A stretch of DNA of 64,000 nucleotides from Candidatus Aminicenantes bacterium (GTDB lineage Bacteria; Acidobacteriota; Aminicenantia; Aminicenantales; UBA4085), in NCBI GenBank assembly GCA_003141555.1, contig PLMN01000023.1, positions 79,916 to 143,915 on the forward strand, read 5' to 3'. Shown here piece by piece: positions 46,815-56,820 of this stretch. A program made the position numbers and the translations under genes. The notes beneath the pieces were generated by a model. The model was not told the origin of the DNA. It did not search any database and was given only the letters and a program-made list of their open reading frames with translations. Numbering within the stretch: position 1 is the stretch's first letter; every line of letters begins with the position of its first letter.

Positions 46815-48748
46815 GGCCGATCCGCGTCCTTCCCCGCTATCGGGAGCTGTCCGCCGCGGGCGCCGTGCTCGCCCTCCTCCTCGGCGCCGAGGCCCTGGGC
46901 ATGTTCGGAGGCCTGGACCGATCGCTTTACGATCTTGCCTTTCGCCTCCGCGGGCCTATCCCCACGGACCGGTCCATCGTCATCGGGGCCGTCGACGACG
47001 CCTCGCTGGCCAAGCTCGGCCGGTGGCCCATCCCGAGGGAAGCCTATGCCCGGCTTCTCGACGCCCTCGCCGGAGCCCGGGCCGTCGGCCTCGACATCCT
47101 CATGATCGAGCCGTCGCCGGACGACGCGCTCCTGGGCGACGCGATCCGCCGGCACGGCCGGGTGGTGCTCGCCGCCGAAATCCGGCGCGGGCTGGAGCCC
47201 GCCGTCCCGCCCGCGCCCCTCGCGGGCGCCCCCCGCGGGCACGTCTATGTCGAGCCCGGAACGGACGGCATCGCCCGCGAGATCTTCCATACGATCTCCG
47301 CCGCGGGCGCCGTGCTCCCTTCGTTTGCCGCGGCGCTTTACGGGGTCGTCCGCGGGAAGGCGTTCCCGCGCACGACGCTCCCGCCCCGGCCCCGGGGCGC
47401 GGCGACCCTCCTCCAGCGGGATCGGATGGACATCGACTTCTACGGCGGCCCGGGCACGTATGAGGCGATCTCCGTCGGCGACATCATCGCCGGCGTCTAC
47501 CCGCCCTCGTTTTTCAAGGACAAGATCGTCCTCGTCGGCGTCACGGCGGCCGGCCTGGAGGATCGGCTGATGGTCCCCTTTTCCGGCGACCGCAATGCGA
47601 TGGCCGGCGTCGAGATCCACGCCCATATCCTGAACGGCCTCCTGGACGGGCGCCGGATTCGGCGCGCGGGGCGGGGCCTTCTCTGGCCCGCCGTCCTGGC
47701 CGGAGGGCTCCTGTTTTTCGCGTTCCTGCGGCGCCGAAGCGACGGGGGATCGGCCTTGGCCTGGGCTCTCGGCCTGGCCCTGATCGCAGGAGCCTCGTTC
47801 GCCCTCTTCGCCCGCGGGGAGATATGGGTCCAGCCCGGGCTGGTCGCGGCCGCGGCCACGGTCTCCTTCCTGACCGCCTATGCCTTCCGCCTCGACGAGG
47901 CGGCCCGGCAGCTGGACGGCAAATACCGGACGCTCAACGCCCGGCTGCGGGGAACGGCGGCCGCCCAGGATAAGCGGGGGCCCGCCGGCGCCGCGACCGG
48001 CCTTTCCGGGTTCCTGTCCCAGCGGGGCATGCAGGCCAAGATCGGCCGCCTCCTCGGCGCCGAGAAGGAGTACGAGGGCATCCTGGAGGAGACGGTCCGG
48101 CGGCGGACGGAGGAGCTGGCCCGGGCGCTGTCCATGATCAACCAGATGTCGAACGAAATGATCGTCCGGCTCATGAAGGCGGTCGAGTCGAAGGAGCGCG
48201 GCACCGGGGAACACGTCACCCGCATCGGGCAGTACGCCGAGCGCCTGGCCGCCCGGCTGGGCCTGACGGCGGACCGCGTGGAGATGATCTCCTTCGCCAG
48301 CTCCATGCACGACCTGGGGAAGATCGGCATCCCCGACCGGATCCTGCTCAAGAACGCCGCCCTCTCGCCGGAGGAATTCGTGATCATGGAGGACCACACC
48401 CGGATCGGGGGCGACATCCTGGGCTCGTCCGTTCACCCGAAGATTCAAATCTCCGCCGCGATCGCCCTGAACCACCATGAGAAATGGAACGGCGAAGGCT
48501 ACCCGCGCGGGCTCCACGGCGACGAGATCCCCATCGAGGCCCGCATCGTGGCGATCTGCGATCAGTACGATTCGCTGCGCAGCCCGCGGCCCTACAAGCC
48601 CGCTTTCGACCACGCCACGGCGATCCGGATCATCGCCGAAGGGGACGGCCGGACGTCCCCCGGCCATTTCGACCCCGAAGTGCTCAAGGCATTCCTGGAG
48701 CTGGCGCCCGTGTTCCGCGAAATCTACGACCGCCAGCCCTCCCGCTGA
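46811..48748 (+). CDS. CHASE2 sensor domain / HD-GYP phosphodiesterase (c-di-GMP signalling)
   Basis: Start overlaps the upstream stop. CHASE2-like N-terminus with TM segments. HD motif [10 protein letters not shown] and [14 protein letters not shown]. Confidence 0.85.
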   Translation: MRPIRVLPRYRELSAAGAVLALLLGAEALGMFGGLDRSLYDLAFRLRGPIPTDRSIVIGAVDDASLAKLGRWPIPREAYARLLDALAGARAVGLDILMIEPSPDDALLGDAIRRHGRVVLAAEIRRGLEPAVPPAPLAGAPRGHVYVEPGTDGIAREIFHTISAAGAVLPSFAAALYGVVRGKAFPRTTLPPRPRGAATLLQRDRMDIDFYGGPGTYEAISVGDIIAGVYPPSFFKDKIVLVGVTAAGLEDRLMVPFSGDRNAMAGVEIHAHILNGLLDGRRIRRAGRGLLWPAVLAGGLLFFAFLRRRSDGGSALAWALGLALIAGASFALFARGEIWVQPGLVAAAATVSFLTAYAFRLDEAARQLDGKYRTLNARLRGTAAAQDKRGPAGAATGLSGFLSQRGMQAKIGRLLGAEKEYEGILEETVRRRTEELARALSMINQMSNEMIVRLMKAVESKERGTGEHVTRIGQYAERLAARLGLTADRVEMISFASSMHDLGKIGIPDRILLKNAALSPEEFVIMEDHTRIGGDILGSSVHPKIQISAAIALNHHEKWNGEGYPRGLHGDEIPIEARIVAICDQYDSLRSPRPYKPAFDHATAIRIIAEGDGRTSPGHFDPEVLKAFLELAPVFREIYDRQPSR

Positions 48749-48832
48749 TCGCCCTCCCCCCTCCGCCCACCGCCCACGGAAACGGGCGAGCCAATCCGAT
48801 TCGCCTGGCATCCCGCCGCGGAGGAGAAGATC

Positions 48833-49880
48833 GTGGCCACGGCCGTGCCCGCGCCCACCTCGCTCTCGCGCAAGTTCTTCGTCTTCTTCGACTTCGCCAA
48901 CAACAACCCAAAGGGCGTCGCCAAGGCCAAGGAGGCCGCTCTCCATTTTCTGGACACCAACATCCTCCCCGGCGACGAGGTCGGATTGAGGTCCTACTCG
49001 ACCGTCAAGGGGCTGTCCATCCACGAGTACCTGACGGCCGACGCGAGGAAGGTCCGGGAAGCGGTCGACGCCCTCAGCGCCAAGGGATTGTCGGGCCGGG
49101 CCGACGACGTCGAGCAGACGTTCGGCTCGCGCTTCAGCCGCGACATCTTCTCCCAAGGGGGCGTCCAGCAGAACTCCAACCTGATTTTCAAGGACGAGAG
49201 CGTCACCGGGCTGGCGTCGCTGACCAAGCTCGCGGTCACGACGGGCGGCAAGTATTTCGGCAACATCAACGAATACGGGCGGAACATGGACCTCCTCCAG
49301 GACCTGACCGGCTCGTACTACTTCCTCGGCTACGCGATCGGCGAGGAATGGGACGGCGCATTCCACGCGATCCGGGTCGAGGTCGGGCGCAAAGGCTGCG
49401 AGGTCCGGGCCCAGGCGGGCTATTTCAACCCCAAGCCCTTCGCCGAGTACTCCGCCATCGAGAAGCAGCTCCATCTGTTCGACCTGGCCCTGTCCGACAA
49501 GCCGCTCCTCCAGACCCCGCTCGCCTTTGCCCTGGGCGCCCTGTCGTACGCCTCCGGAGAGGAGCCGCGGCTCCTTCTGCTGGCCAAGATCCCGAACGCC
49601 GTCCTCGAGAAGTTCGCCGGCCGGAAGGTCGAGATCGTGGCCGTCATCTTCGACGACCGCGTTTCTCGTCCAATCGTCGACCGGGGAGGCGATCCCCCTG
49701 CCGTTGACCGTCCTGAGCAGGACAGGGACCGGAACGAACGAGCAGCGCTTCCTCGAGATCTCTCTCGCCGGAATTCCCGCGGGGAGATACCGCCTCTACC
49801 TCCACGCCGAGGACGCGGCTTCAAAATCGTTGGCCTACGCCCAGACGGCCCTGACTCTGACGAGGGCCCCGGGGGACTGA
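48833..49880 (+). pseudogene. Truncated/frameshifted paralog of the downstream VWFA-related secreted protein
   Basis: Homology to residues ~145-520 of the 49996 gene (KFFVFFDFANN...EVGRKGCEVRAQAGYFNPKPFAEY...). There is no signal peptide or N-terminus. The frame switches near 49660-49700: the C-terminal match (AGRYRLYLHAEDAASKSLAYAQTALTLT) is in a different frame, and about 170 aa are missing. Confidence 0.5.
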
Positions 49881-49995
49881 GCCGGCCCGTTCTCAGCCCG
49901 GCCGAACATCCGCCCCTCCTTTGTCTCGCCCCCGGCCCCTTCCGGATTGACTTTTTCGCGTTACTGGCGTCTTATTAAGAAGGAGGTTGCCGCCG

Positions 49996-52284
49996 ATGAT
50001 CCCTTGGAAACACAGACTTGCCCTCCTTCCGTTGATGGCCTTCTGCCTGTTCGCCGGCCCGCCTCCCGCCCTCAAGTCGGCCCCGCAGGGCGGAGCTGCA
50101 AGCGCCAGGGGCGCGACGATAGCCGCTCCGCAGGGCGGAGCTGCAAGCGCCGGCGGCGCGACAATGGCCGCTCCGCAGGACGCCGTCCGATTCCAGAATC
50201 CCATCGAGCACAATGTTGCCGTCACGTTGAAGCTCGTCCAGGTCTACGTCACCGACAAGAAGGGGAAGCCCGTCCCCGACCTGCGGAAGACGGATTTCCG
50301 GGTGTCCGACAACGGCGCCCCCGTGACGATCACGGAGTTCGAGCGCCACGTCCTCGAGCCTCCCGCGGCCGGCACGCCGGCCTCGGAGCAGGAGAAGCTG
50401 CTTTCGTCCCTGGCGCCGCCGCTCCAGCCCATGAGCCGGAAGTTTTTCATCTTTTTCGATTTCGCCTTCAATACCCAGCGCGGCTTCAACAAATCGAAAG
50501 AAGCCGCCCTTCATTTCATCGACCGCGAGCTGAAGCCCGGCGACGAGGTGGGCCTCGTATCCTACGGGACCTTCGGAGGGCTGGCCATCCATGAATTCCT
50601 GACGACCGACCACAAGAAGGTCCGGGAAGCGGTGGAAAAGATCAGCCCCCAGAGGCTCGCCGGGAGGGCGGACGACATCGAGGAACAGTACTGGCGCAAG
50701 GGCGCCGAGGGACAGCTGGTCCTGCCGACCTATACCGACCTTCACGCGGGCGTCGCGACGAAGATCCCCCAGATTTACGACTGGGAGCGCCAGGCCTCAA
50801 AGAGCCAGTCGGAGAATTTCCTGCTCAAGCTGACCTCGTTCGCCGAGGCGCTGCGCTATGTGCCGGGCCAGAAGCACATCGTCCTGTTCACCACGGGTGT
50901 CCCATCCTCCATGCTTTACGGCTCCCAACACGGCGACCCGATCGAAACTGTCCTGATCAACTCCAAAAACAGGAGCATCTTCGAAACCGGGGACCAGGTT
51001 TTACGGTCGGCCAGCGAGGAGCTGCTCAAGCAGCTGAGTGCGGCCAACTGCACCGTGTTCACGTTCGACACGCGGGAATCGGCCGTCGTCCCCTCGCTCT
51101 TCACCTACGACGACGAGACCTTCGGAGATAGGTACCGCGACCTGTTCTACGACGATGGCGTCCGCCAGGACGTGACGAACCCCCTCAAGGACGACCGGGT
51201 GACGGGCCAATACTCCCTGCGCCGGATGGCGGACGTCACGGGGGGCAAGTACTTCTCCAACATCCTCGATTACGAAAACACCCTGTCCCAGGTCCAGGAC
51301 CTGACGGGGATGTACTATGTCCTGGGTTATTCCCTCAGCGAGCAGCTGGACGGCCAATATCACAACCTCAAGGTCGAAGTCGACCGGAAGGACTGCGTCG
51401 TGCGGGCTCAGGCGGGCTACTACAACCCGAAACCCTACGCCGAATACACGGACCTGGAAAAGCAGCTCCAGCTTTACGACCTGGCCCTGTCCGAGCGGTC
51501 GTTCCTGCGAACGCCGCTCACGTTCTCGATGAGCGCCCTGTCGTTCACGATCAGTGGCGAGAACAGGGTCCAGGTGCTGTCGAAGATCCCGAACCCGGTG
51601 ATGGAGAAATTCTCGGGGAAGAAGTCCGAGCTCGTGGCCCTGATCTTCGACGACCAGGACAACCTCCTGGGCCTCCAGCGCTACGAAAGCGACCTGTCGA
51701 AGTTCAAGGGCATGGATGTCTTCTACACGTCCGGCGCCTGGGTTCCGCCCGGCCGATACAAGGCCCGCCTGGTGATCCGGGACATGGAGAACGGCTCGGC
51801 CGCCGTAGCCTCGACGTGGGTGACCGTGGTCCTCAAGCCGCTCACGGGCCTGGGGCTCAATTCGCCCCTCCTGCTGACCGCCGAAAGCAATTTCGCCTAC
51901 CTCGAATCCGTCGCGGCCAAGAAGGTCGGCCGGGCCGACTGGAAGGACGCCTATCCCTACGAGCGGGCGCGCTATTCGCCCCTCCTCGGGGCGCTGCCGG
52001 AAGGAACGCGGCGGATCTACGCCATCCTCCCCTGTTCGGCGGCGGGGCTGGTCCAGCCCGAGATCGCCGTCTCCGCCTGGCTGATCGATGCCCGGACGGG
52101 TGACAAAGTGCCGGTCCAAACGACCGTCGCGAACAAGACGGTGAACGGGAGCCTGGATATCCTGTTCCTCGAGGTCGATTTGGCCGGCGCGCCCGCGGGC
52201 AAGTACCGGATTTTCTTCAATGTCTGGGACGCGGCCTCGAATTCCATGGCCTACACCCAGACCGGGCTGGTCATCAACCCCTAG
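49996..52284 (+). CDS. Secreted VWFA-related (acidobacterial-type) domain protein
   Basis: AGGAGG RBS. Signal peptide MIPWKHRLALLPLMAFCLFA. KFFIFFDFAFN...PGDEVGLVSYG core. Family assignment is from memory, moderate. Confidence 0.7.
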   Translation: MIPWKHRLALLPLMAFCLFAGPPPALKSAPQGGAASARGATIAAPQGGAASAGGATMAAPQDAVRFQNPIEHNVAVTLKLVQVYVTDKKGKPVPDLRKTDFRVSDNGAPVTITEFERHVLEPPAAGTPASEQEKLLSSLAPPLQPMSRKFFIFFDFAFNTQRGFNKSKEAALHFIDRELKPGDEVGLVSYGTFGGLAIHEFLTTDHKKVREAVEKISPQRLAGRADDIEEQYWRKGAEGQLVLPTYTDLHAGVATKIPQIYDWERQASKSQSENFLLKLTSFAEALRYVPGQKHIVLFTTGVPSSMLYGSQHGDPIETVLINSKNRSIFETGDQVLRSASEELLKQLSAANCTVFTFDTRESAVVPSLFTYDDETFGDRYRDLFYDDGVRQDVTNPLKDDRVTGQYSLRRMADVTGGKYFSNILDYENTLSQVQDLTGMYYVLGYSLSEQLDGQYHNLKVEVDRKDCVVRAQAGYYNPKPYAEYTDLEKQLQLYDLALSERSFLRTPLTFSMSALSFTISGENRVQVLSKIPNPVMEKFSGKKSELVALIFDDQDNLLGLQRYESDLSKFKGMDVFYTSGAWVPPGRYKARLVIRDMENGSAAVASTWVTVVLKPLTGLGLNSPLLLTAESNFAYLESVAAKKVGRADWKDAYPYERARYSPLLGALPEGTRRIYAILPCSAAGLVQPEIAVSAWLIDARTGDKVPVQTTVANKTVNGSLDILFLEVDLAGAPAGKYRIFFNVWDAASNSMAYTQTGLVINP
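50080..50181 (+). repeat. 42-bp in-frame tandem repeat (~2.4 copies) encoding APQGGAASA(R/G)GAT(I/M)A
   Basis: Read directly: gccccgcagggcggagctgcaagcgccaggggcgcgacgata / gccgctccgcagggcggagctgcaagcgccggcggcgcgacaatg / gccgctccgcag... Confidence 0.6.
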
Positions 52285-52338
52285 GCCGCCGTCCGGAAAG
52301 TGCCGCCCGGGGCGCGCTTCGACGGCGAGGCCCGCGAT

Positions 52339-54351
52339 CTATTTCGCCGGGAACCAGACGCGCATTTCGCCAGCGCCCCGATTGGCCCAGGCGTAATACG
52401 GAACCGCCAGGAAATCCCTCTCAGCCTTCGCCGGCCCGCCGCCGGCCGCCGCATCAACCACGGCCTTGCCCTTCAGGACGATGACTCCCTTCAACAGCCC
52501 CGGCCGGAACTCGGCCGTGAACCGCCCGCCGCCGGCCAGGCCCAGGTCGAGCACGCGCCCGCCGTTGTCCACGGCTTCGGCGCAGAAGACGAGCGGGCCG
52601 CGCTGGAGCGCGATTCTCCCGGCGTCCTCCTTCACCGACGGATGAGCCGCCACCTTTCGAATCGGCATCGGGAGCGTGAGCTCCACGGCATCCCCTTTCG
52701 TCCACGTCCGTCGGACCCGGGCATAGCCCTTGTCCATGTCGAGGGCGACCGCCGCGCCGTTGACTTTGAGGACGGGCTTCTCGTCGTTCGCATCGACGAA
52801 TCGGTAAAGGTCCGACGGCACGGGCCGGCCCGCGGCCCAGCCGGGGACGCGGACGTCGAGAGTGAACTCGGCCGGCGTCTCCGGATCGACCGCGATCCGT
52901 ACCGCGCCGTCCCAGGGATAGCGCGTGTCCTGCCGCAAAGCGACCTTCCGCCCGCCCACCTCGACGGCGGCCGTGTTGCCAATGAAGAGGTTCACATAGA
53001 GGACGTCATCCCGCATGGCATAGATATAGCCCGGCACGGATGGGAGGAAGCGGGTGATATTCGGCGGGCAGCAGGCGACCTCGAACCACGGCGCCCGGCC
53101 GACCTGGTCCATGTAGAGCTTCGTCTTGCCGTCGGATTCGAGCGGGTTCTGGTAGAAGAACGACATCCCGTCGAGGGCCACGCCCGAGATCAGGCCGTTG
53201 TACATCACCCGCTCGAGGACGTCGACATATTTCGCCTCGCCGTGGAGGAGGAACAGGCGCTCGTTCCAGAGGGCGTTGCCGACCGCGGCGCAGGTCTCGG
53301 CGTAGGCGGAGGCGTTCGGGAGCTCGTAGGCCTCGCCGAAGCCCTCCGACGTGTCGCGCGCCCCCACCCCGCCGGTCAGGTACATCTTCTTGCCGACGAC
53401 GTTGTCCCACAGCCGGTCGATGGCCGCGGCATATTCCGGCCGGCCGCCGAGGGCCGCGACGTCGGCCATGCCCGAATACATGTACATGGCCCGCACGGCA
53501 TGCCCCACGGCCTCGTCCTGCTCGAGGACGGGCTTGTGATTCTGGAGGTACTCGTCCGAGTTGTAGACGGCGAAATCGTCCTGGGGAGGATACTTCACCC
53601 CTCCGAAGTAATGGCCCCGCTCGTCGAGGAAGAACTTGGCCAGGTCGAGGTAGGCCCGGTTTCCCGTCGCGCGGAACAGCTTCGACAATCCGATTTCGAC
53701 TTCCTGGTGCCCGGGGAACCCATGCCGCCGTCCGGGCCCGAACGTCCGGACGAGGAGGTCGGCGTTCTTGACGGCGATGGCCAGGAAGCTCTTTTCCCCC
53801 GTCGCCTGGAAATGGGCGACGGCGGCCTCGTACATGTGGCCGACGTTGTAGAGTTCGTGGCTGACCCGGAGGTTCGACCAGCGCTCCGGGCCGGCCCCGG
53901 GCGCGGGATTCTTGGGGGCGATCGTCCGGTTCGTATAAAGGTATCCGTCGGACTCCTGGGCCTTGGCGATGATCGCGATCAGGTCGTCAAGCCGCTTTTT
54001 GAGCGGCGGGTCGGGCTTGAGCATCAGGGTGTAGGCGGCGCCTTCCATCGCCTTGTAGATGTCGGAATCGTTGTAGCGCTTGCCCTGATAAGTGCCCTTG
54101 ATCAGCCCCGCGGCCTTGCGGAAATTGTCCACCCGGCCGGTTTCCTCATTCTTGTTCAGGGCGAACGGAACGGTCACGGCCCGGTTGGTTTCGATCTTGG
54201 GCGCCCAGAAGACGTCGTTCACCCGGACGTTGGTGAACGGCACGGGCCGGACGGGGTAGTCGCTTTGGGGAGCGGGCGGACCAGATCGGAGAGGAAGGAT
54301 CATGAGACATAAAAGTAACGCGGCCGATAGAAGGACATTACGGTTGGTCAT
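52339..54351 (-). CDS. GH127 (DUF1680) beta-L-arabinofuranosidase-family glycoside hydrolase, secreted
   Basis: Signal peptide. N-terminal YPVRPVPFTNVRVNDVFWAPKIETNRAVTVPF...GRVDNFRKAAG pattern. Paralogous to 56821..59250. Confidence 0.8.
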   Translation of the reverse strand: MTNRNVLLSAALLLCLMILPLRSGPPAPQSDYPVRPVPFTNVRVNDVFWAPKIETNRAVTVPFALNKNEETGRVDNFRKAAGLIKGTYQGKRYNDSDIYKAMEGAAYTLMLKPDPPLKKRLDDLIAIIAKAQESDGYLYTNRTIAPKNPAPGAGPERWSNLRVSHELYNVGHMYEAAVAHFQATGEKSFLAIAVKNADLLVRTFGPGRRHGFPGHQEVEIGLSKLFRATGNRAYLDLAKFFLDERGHYFGGVKYPPQDDFAVYNSDEYLQNHKPVLEQDEAVGHAVRAMYMYSGMADVAALGGRPEYAAAIDRLWDNVVGKKMYLTGGVGARDTSEGFGEAYELPNASAYAETCAAVGNALWNERLFLLHGEAKYVDVLERVMYNGLISGVALDGMSFFYQNPLESDGKTKLYMDQVGRAPWFEVACCPPNITRFLPSVPGYIYAMRDDVLYVNLFIGNTAAVEVGGRKVALRQDTRYPWDGAVRIAVDPETPAEFTLDVRVPGWAAGRPVPSDLYRFVDANDEKPVLKVNGAAVALDMDKGYARVRRTWTKGDAVELTLPMPIRKVAAHPSVKEDAGRIALQRGPLVFCAEAVDNGGRVLDLGLAGGGRFTAEFRPGLLKGVIVLKGKAVVDAAAGGGPAKAERDFLAVPYYAWANRGAGEMRVWFPAK

Positions 54352-54398
54352 AATCGCGCCTCATATGAACTGATGTTTTGCGCAGCGGGGCAAGATCA

Positions 54399-56792
54399 TT
54401 ATTTCACCCTCACTTCGTACAGCGACACGCTGATGGGGGGAAGGGTCAGGCGGTTCCCGAACGGGGCGTCGGCGATTTCCCGGATTTTGATGACCGGCTC
54501 CTTCCCCGGGTCGTTGTAGGCGTTCGGATCCGTCCCCGTGATCAGGAACAGCCGGGCCGAGTTCGGCGCGCCGACCCCTTTCCAGGAGATCGGGAGCACC
54601 TGCGCTTCGCGCGTCGGATTGACCACGGCCAGGGTCAGCGTCTTCCTCCCGTCCTTCCAGGCGGCCGCGACGTCAAGCGGCTCCGGCGTGCCGCCGACCG
54701 GGATCGGGATCGAGCCGTAATGGGCCCGGTAGAGCTCAAGGACCAGGCCCGTCGATTCGAGCTCCACCGCGGTCTTCGTCGTCTTGACCGCTCCGATGAC
54801 GTTCACCGTCTGGGCGTAGTTGGCCATGGCGATGATGTCGCTCTGCCGGAAATACTCGTGCAACCCCGCTGCGATGCCCAGGCCGTCCTTGAGGAAATAG
54901 CGCGTCCCTATCTCGCCGAAGACGTCCGGCCCATACCAATAGTTCCACTCGTCGAGCGCCACCCGGATATCCTTGCCCTTGAGGGCCGGGATCGTGTCGC
55001 GGTAGCGGCGATGGGCATCGGCGATCCGTTTGACCTCCCGCGGGATCTGGGCGACGTGGCCCATCAGCCCGGGCATCTCCCCGCAGTAGAAGTGTTCGCT
55101 CATGAGATCCATCGCCCCCGCGTCCGCGGCGAGCATGCCCTCGCTCCAGCTTCCGATCGCCCCGACGGCGACGAGGGTGATCGAGGGGTCCTTGGCCCGC
55201 ATCGCTTGGGCAAAGCGGGCGTGCTTCAGGATGTAGTCCTCGAGCGGCATGTGGCCGAGCTGCCAGCCGCCGTACATCTCGTTGCCGATCGACCAGAACT
55301 TGACGCCCCAGGGCTGGGTCCGTCCGTTCGCGGCGCGCAGGCGGCCCATAGGCGTGTCCGCCGCGCCGTTCGCGTATTCAACCTCGTCCGCGGCGAGCTC
55401 GTCGCTGCCCTGGCCGCTGTTGACCGAGATGTAAGCGTCGGTCCCCAGCAGATGGCAGAAGTCCAGGTACTCGTGGAGCCCGACGTCGTTATGCTCGATG
55501 CCGAGCCAGGCGGGGTTTTTGCGCGGAGCGCGGCGGTCCGGGTCGCCCAGGCCCTCCCGCCAGTTGTAACCGCTGACGAAGTTCCCGCCCGGCCAGCGGT
55601 AGACGGGCGAATTGAGATTCTTAAGAACCTTGAGGACGTCGGCCCGGAAACCGTCGACGTTGTCCTCGGGCATCAGGGACACCGTCCCGACGAGGAAGGA
55701 CTCTTTGCCGGCGCTCGTGATCTCGAGGCGAGCGTTGTCGCTCGAGGCGCCGGCCGTGAACGCGAGCGGGATCTTCTTGTAGTCCGTGGTCAGGTCCCCG
55801 GCGGAGACCGTCTGCCGGTCATCCGCGCCCGGGCCCCAGACGAGGGAAATGCGAATGGGCCGGGCGCCAGGATCGGCGGCGAGCACGGCCCGGCCGACGT
55901 AGCGTCGGCCTTTGACGACCGCCAGACCGTCCTGAACGATCCCGCCCGTCTCGCCGTTGCCCCGGAGCCGGATTTCGGGGGCCTGGACGCCGACGTACGG
56001 GAGAACCGGATTCATGCGGACATTGCGCGCATCGCCGACCGGCTTCCAGGGCGATTCCTTGCCGCCGAGGGGATAGAAGAATTTCCGGTCTTCCAGCATC
56101 TCCGCCCAGATGCCCTGGTAGATGCATCGACCGAGGTGCTCGATGAACTGGCCGTAGATGTATTTCGAGATGGGAGCCCCCGTTTTGGACGCGTCGATGA
56201 CCGCGGCCGGGCTCAACGTCCGCGAAGAAAGAAGCTCAAGGGCGACATCGTCGTACCAGGCCGTCCCGGTGGCCCGGCCCCAGCCGCCGAACAGGCAGTT
56301 CACCTGGAGGGCATCGTTGGCCCCCGTGTCGAACACGAGCTCGACCCGGGTCCAATCGCGCGTCCCGGTGACGGGCGGCGTCTGGAGCTCGTCGAGGCCT
56401 TCGAGGTTGAAGAGCGCGCCGCGCGAGCGCCCGAGCGGCTTGACGTCCATGGTCTTGATCCAGCCGCTCAGCCGGTATTTGGAGTAGGGTTTGACCGCCG
56501 CGATTTGGCTCCAGGAGAGGTCGCCGCCTTCGGTCGAGGAGATCTTCGCGCTGCGCCCGCCGCCGTGGGCGGCGGCCCCGTCGATCTCCAGGACGCCCTG
56601 GGGCTGGTGCGTCGCCTTGAACCAACCCCGGGGCGCGCCGGCGTCCAGGTCCTCGAACGACGCGTATGCCAGCGCATTCGCCCCGGCGGCCTTGGACTGG
56701 CCGGCGCCGGACACCGGTCTACCCGTGGAGAACGTTGTCAGAAGAACAAGGCAAGCACAAAAGAGCGCAGGGGAATTTGCTTTTTTATTCAT
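54399..56792 (-). CDS. GH51-family alpha-L-arabinofuranosidase with N-terminal CBM-like domain, secreted
   Basis: GGGAGGGAAAG RBS. Signal peptide. WSIGNEMYGGWQLGHM catalytic-region motif. Confidence 0.75.
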   Translation of the reverse strand: MNKKANSPALFCACLVLLTTFSTGRPVSGAGQSKAAGANALAYASFEDLDAGAPRGWFKATHQPQGVLEIDGAAAHGGGRSAKISSTEGGDLSWSQIAAVKPYSKYRLSGWIKTMDVKPLGRSRGALFNLEGLDELQTPPVTGTRDWTRVELVFDTGANDALQVNCLFGGWGRATGTAWYDDVALELLSSRTLSPAAVIDASKTGAPISKYIYGQFIEHLGRCIYQGIWAEMLEDRKFFYPLGGKESPWKPVGDARNVRMNPVLPYVGVQAPEIRLRGNGETGGIVQDGLAVVKGRRYVGRAVLAADPGARPIRISLVWGPGADDRQTVSAGDLTTDYKKIPLAFTAGASSDNARLEITSAGKESFLVGTVSLMPEDNVDGFRADVLKVLKNLNSPVYRWPGGNFVSGYNWREGLGDPDRRAPRKNPAWLGIEHNDVGLHEYLDFCHLLGTDAYISVNSGQGSDELAADEVEYANGAADTPMGRLRAANGRTQPWGVKFWSIGNEMYGGWQLGHMPLEDYILKHARFAQAMRAKDPSITLVAVGAIGSWSEGMLAADAGAMDLMSEHFYCGEMPGLMGHVAQIPREVKRIADAHRRYRDTIPALKGKDIRVALDEWNYWYGPDVFGEIGTRYFLKDGLGIAAGLHEYFRQSDIIAMANYAQTVNVIGAVKTTKTAVELESTGLVLELYRAHYGSIPIPVGGTPEPLDVAAAWKDGRKTLTLAVVNPTREAQVLPISWKGVGAPNSARLFLITGTDPNAYNDPGKEPVIKIREIADAPFGNRLTLPPISVSLYEVRVK

Positions 56793-56820
56793 CTTTCCCT
56801 CCCATGTCCCGGCCGCGCAA

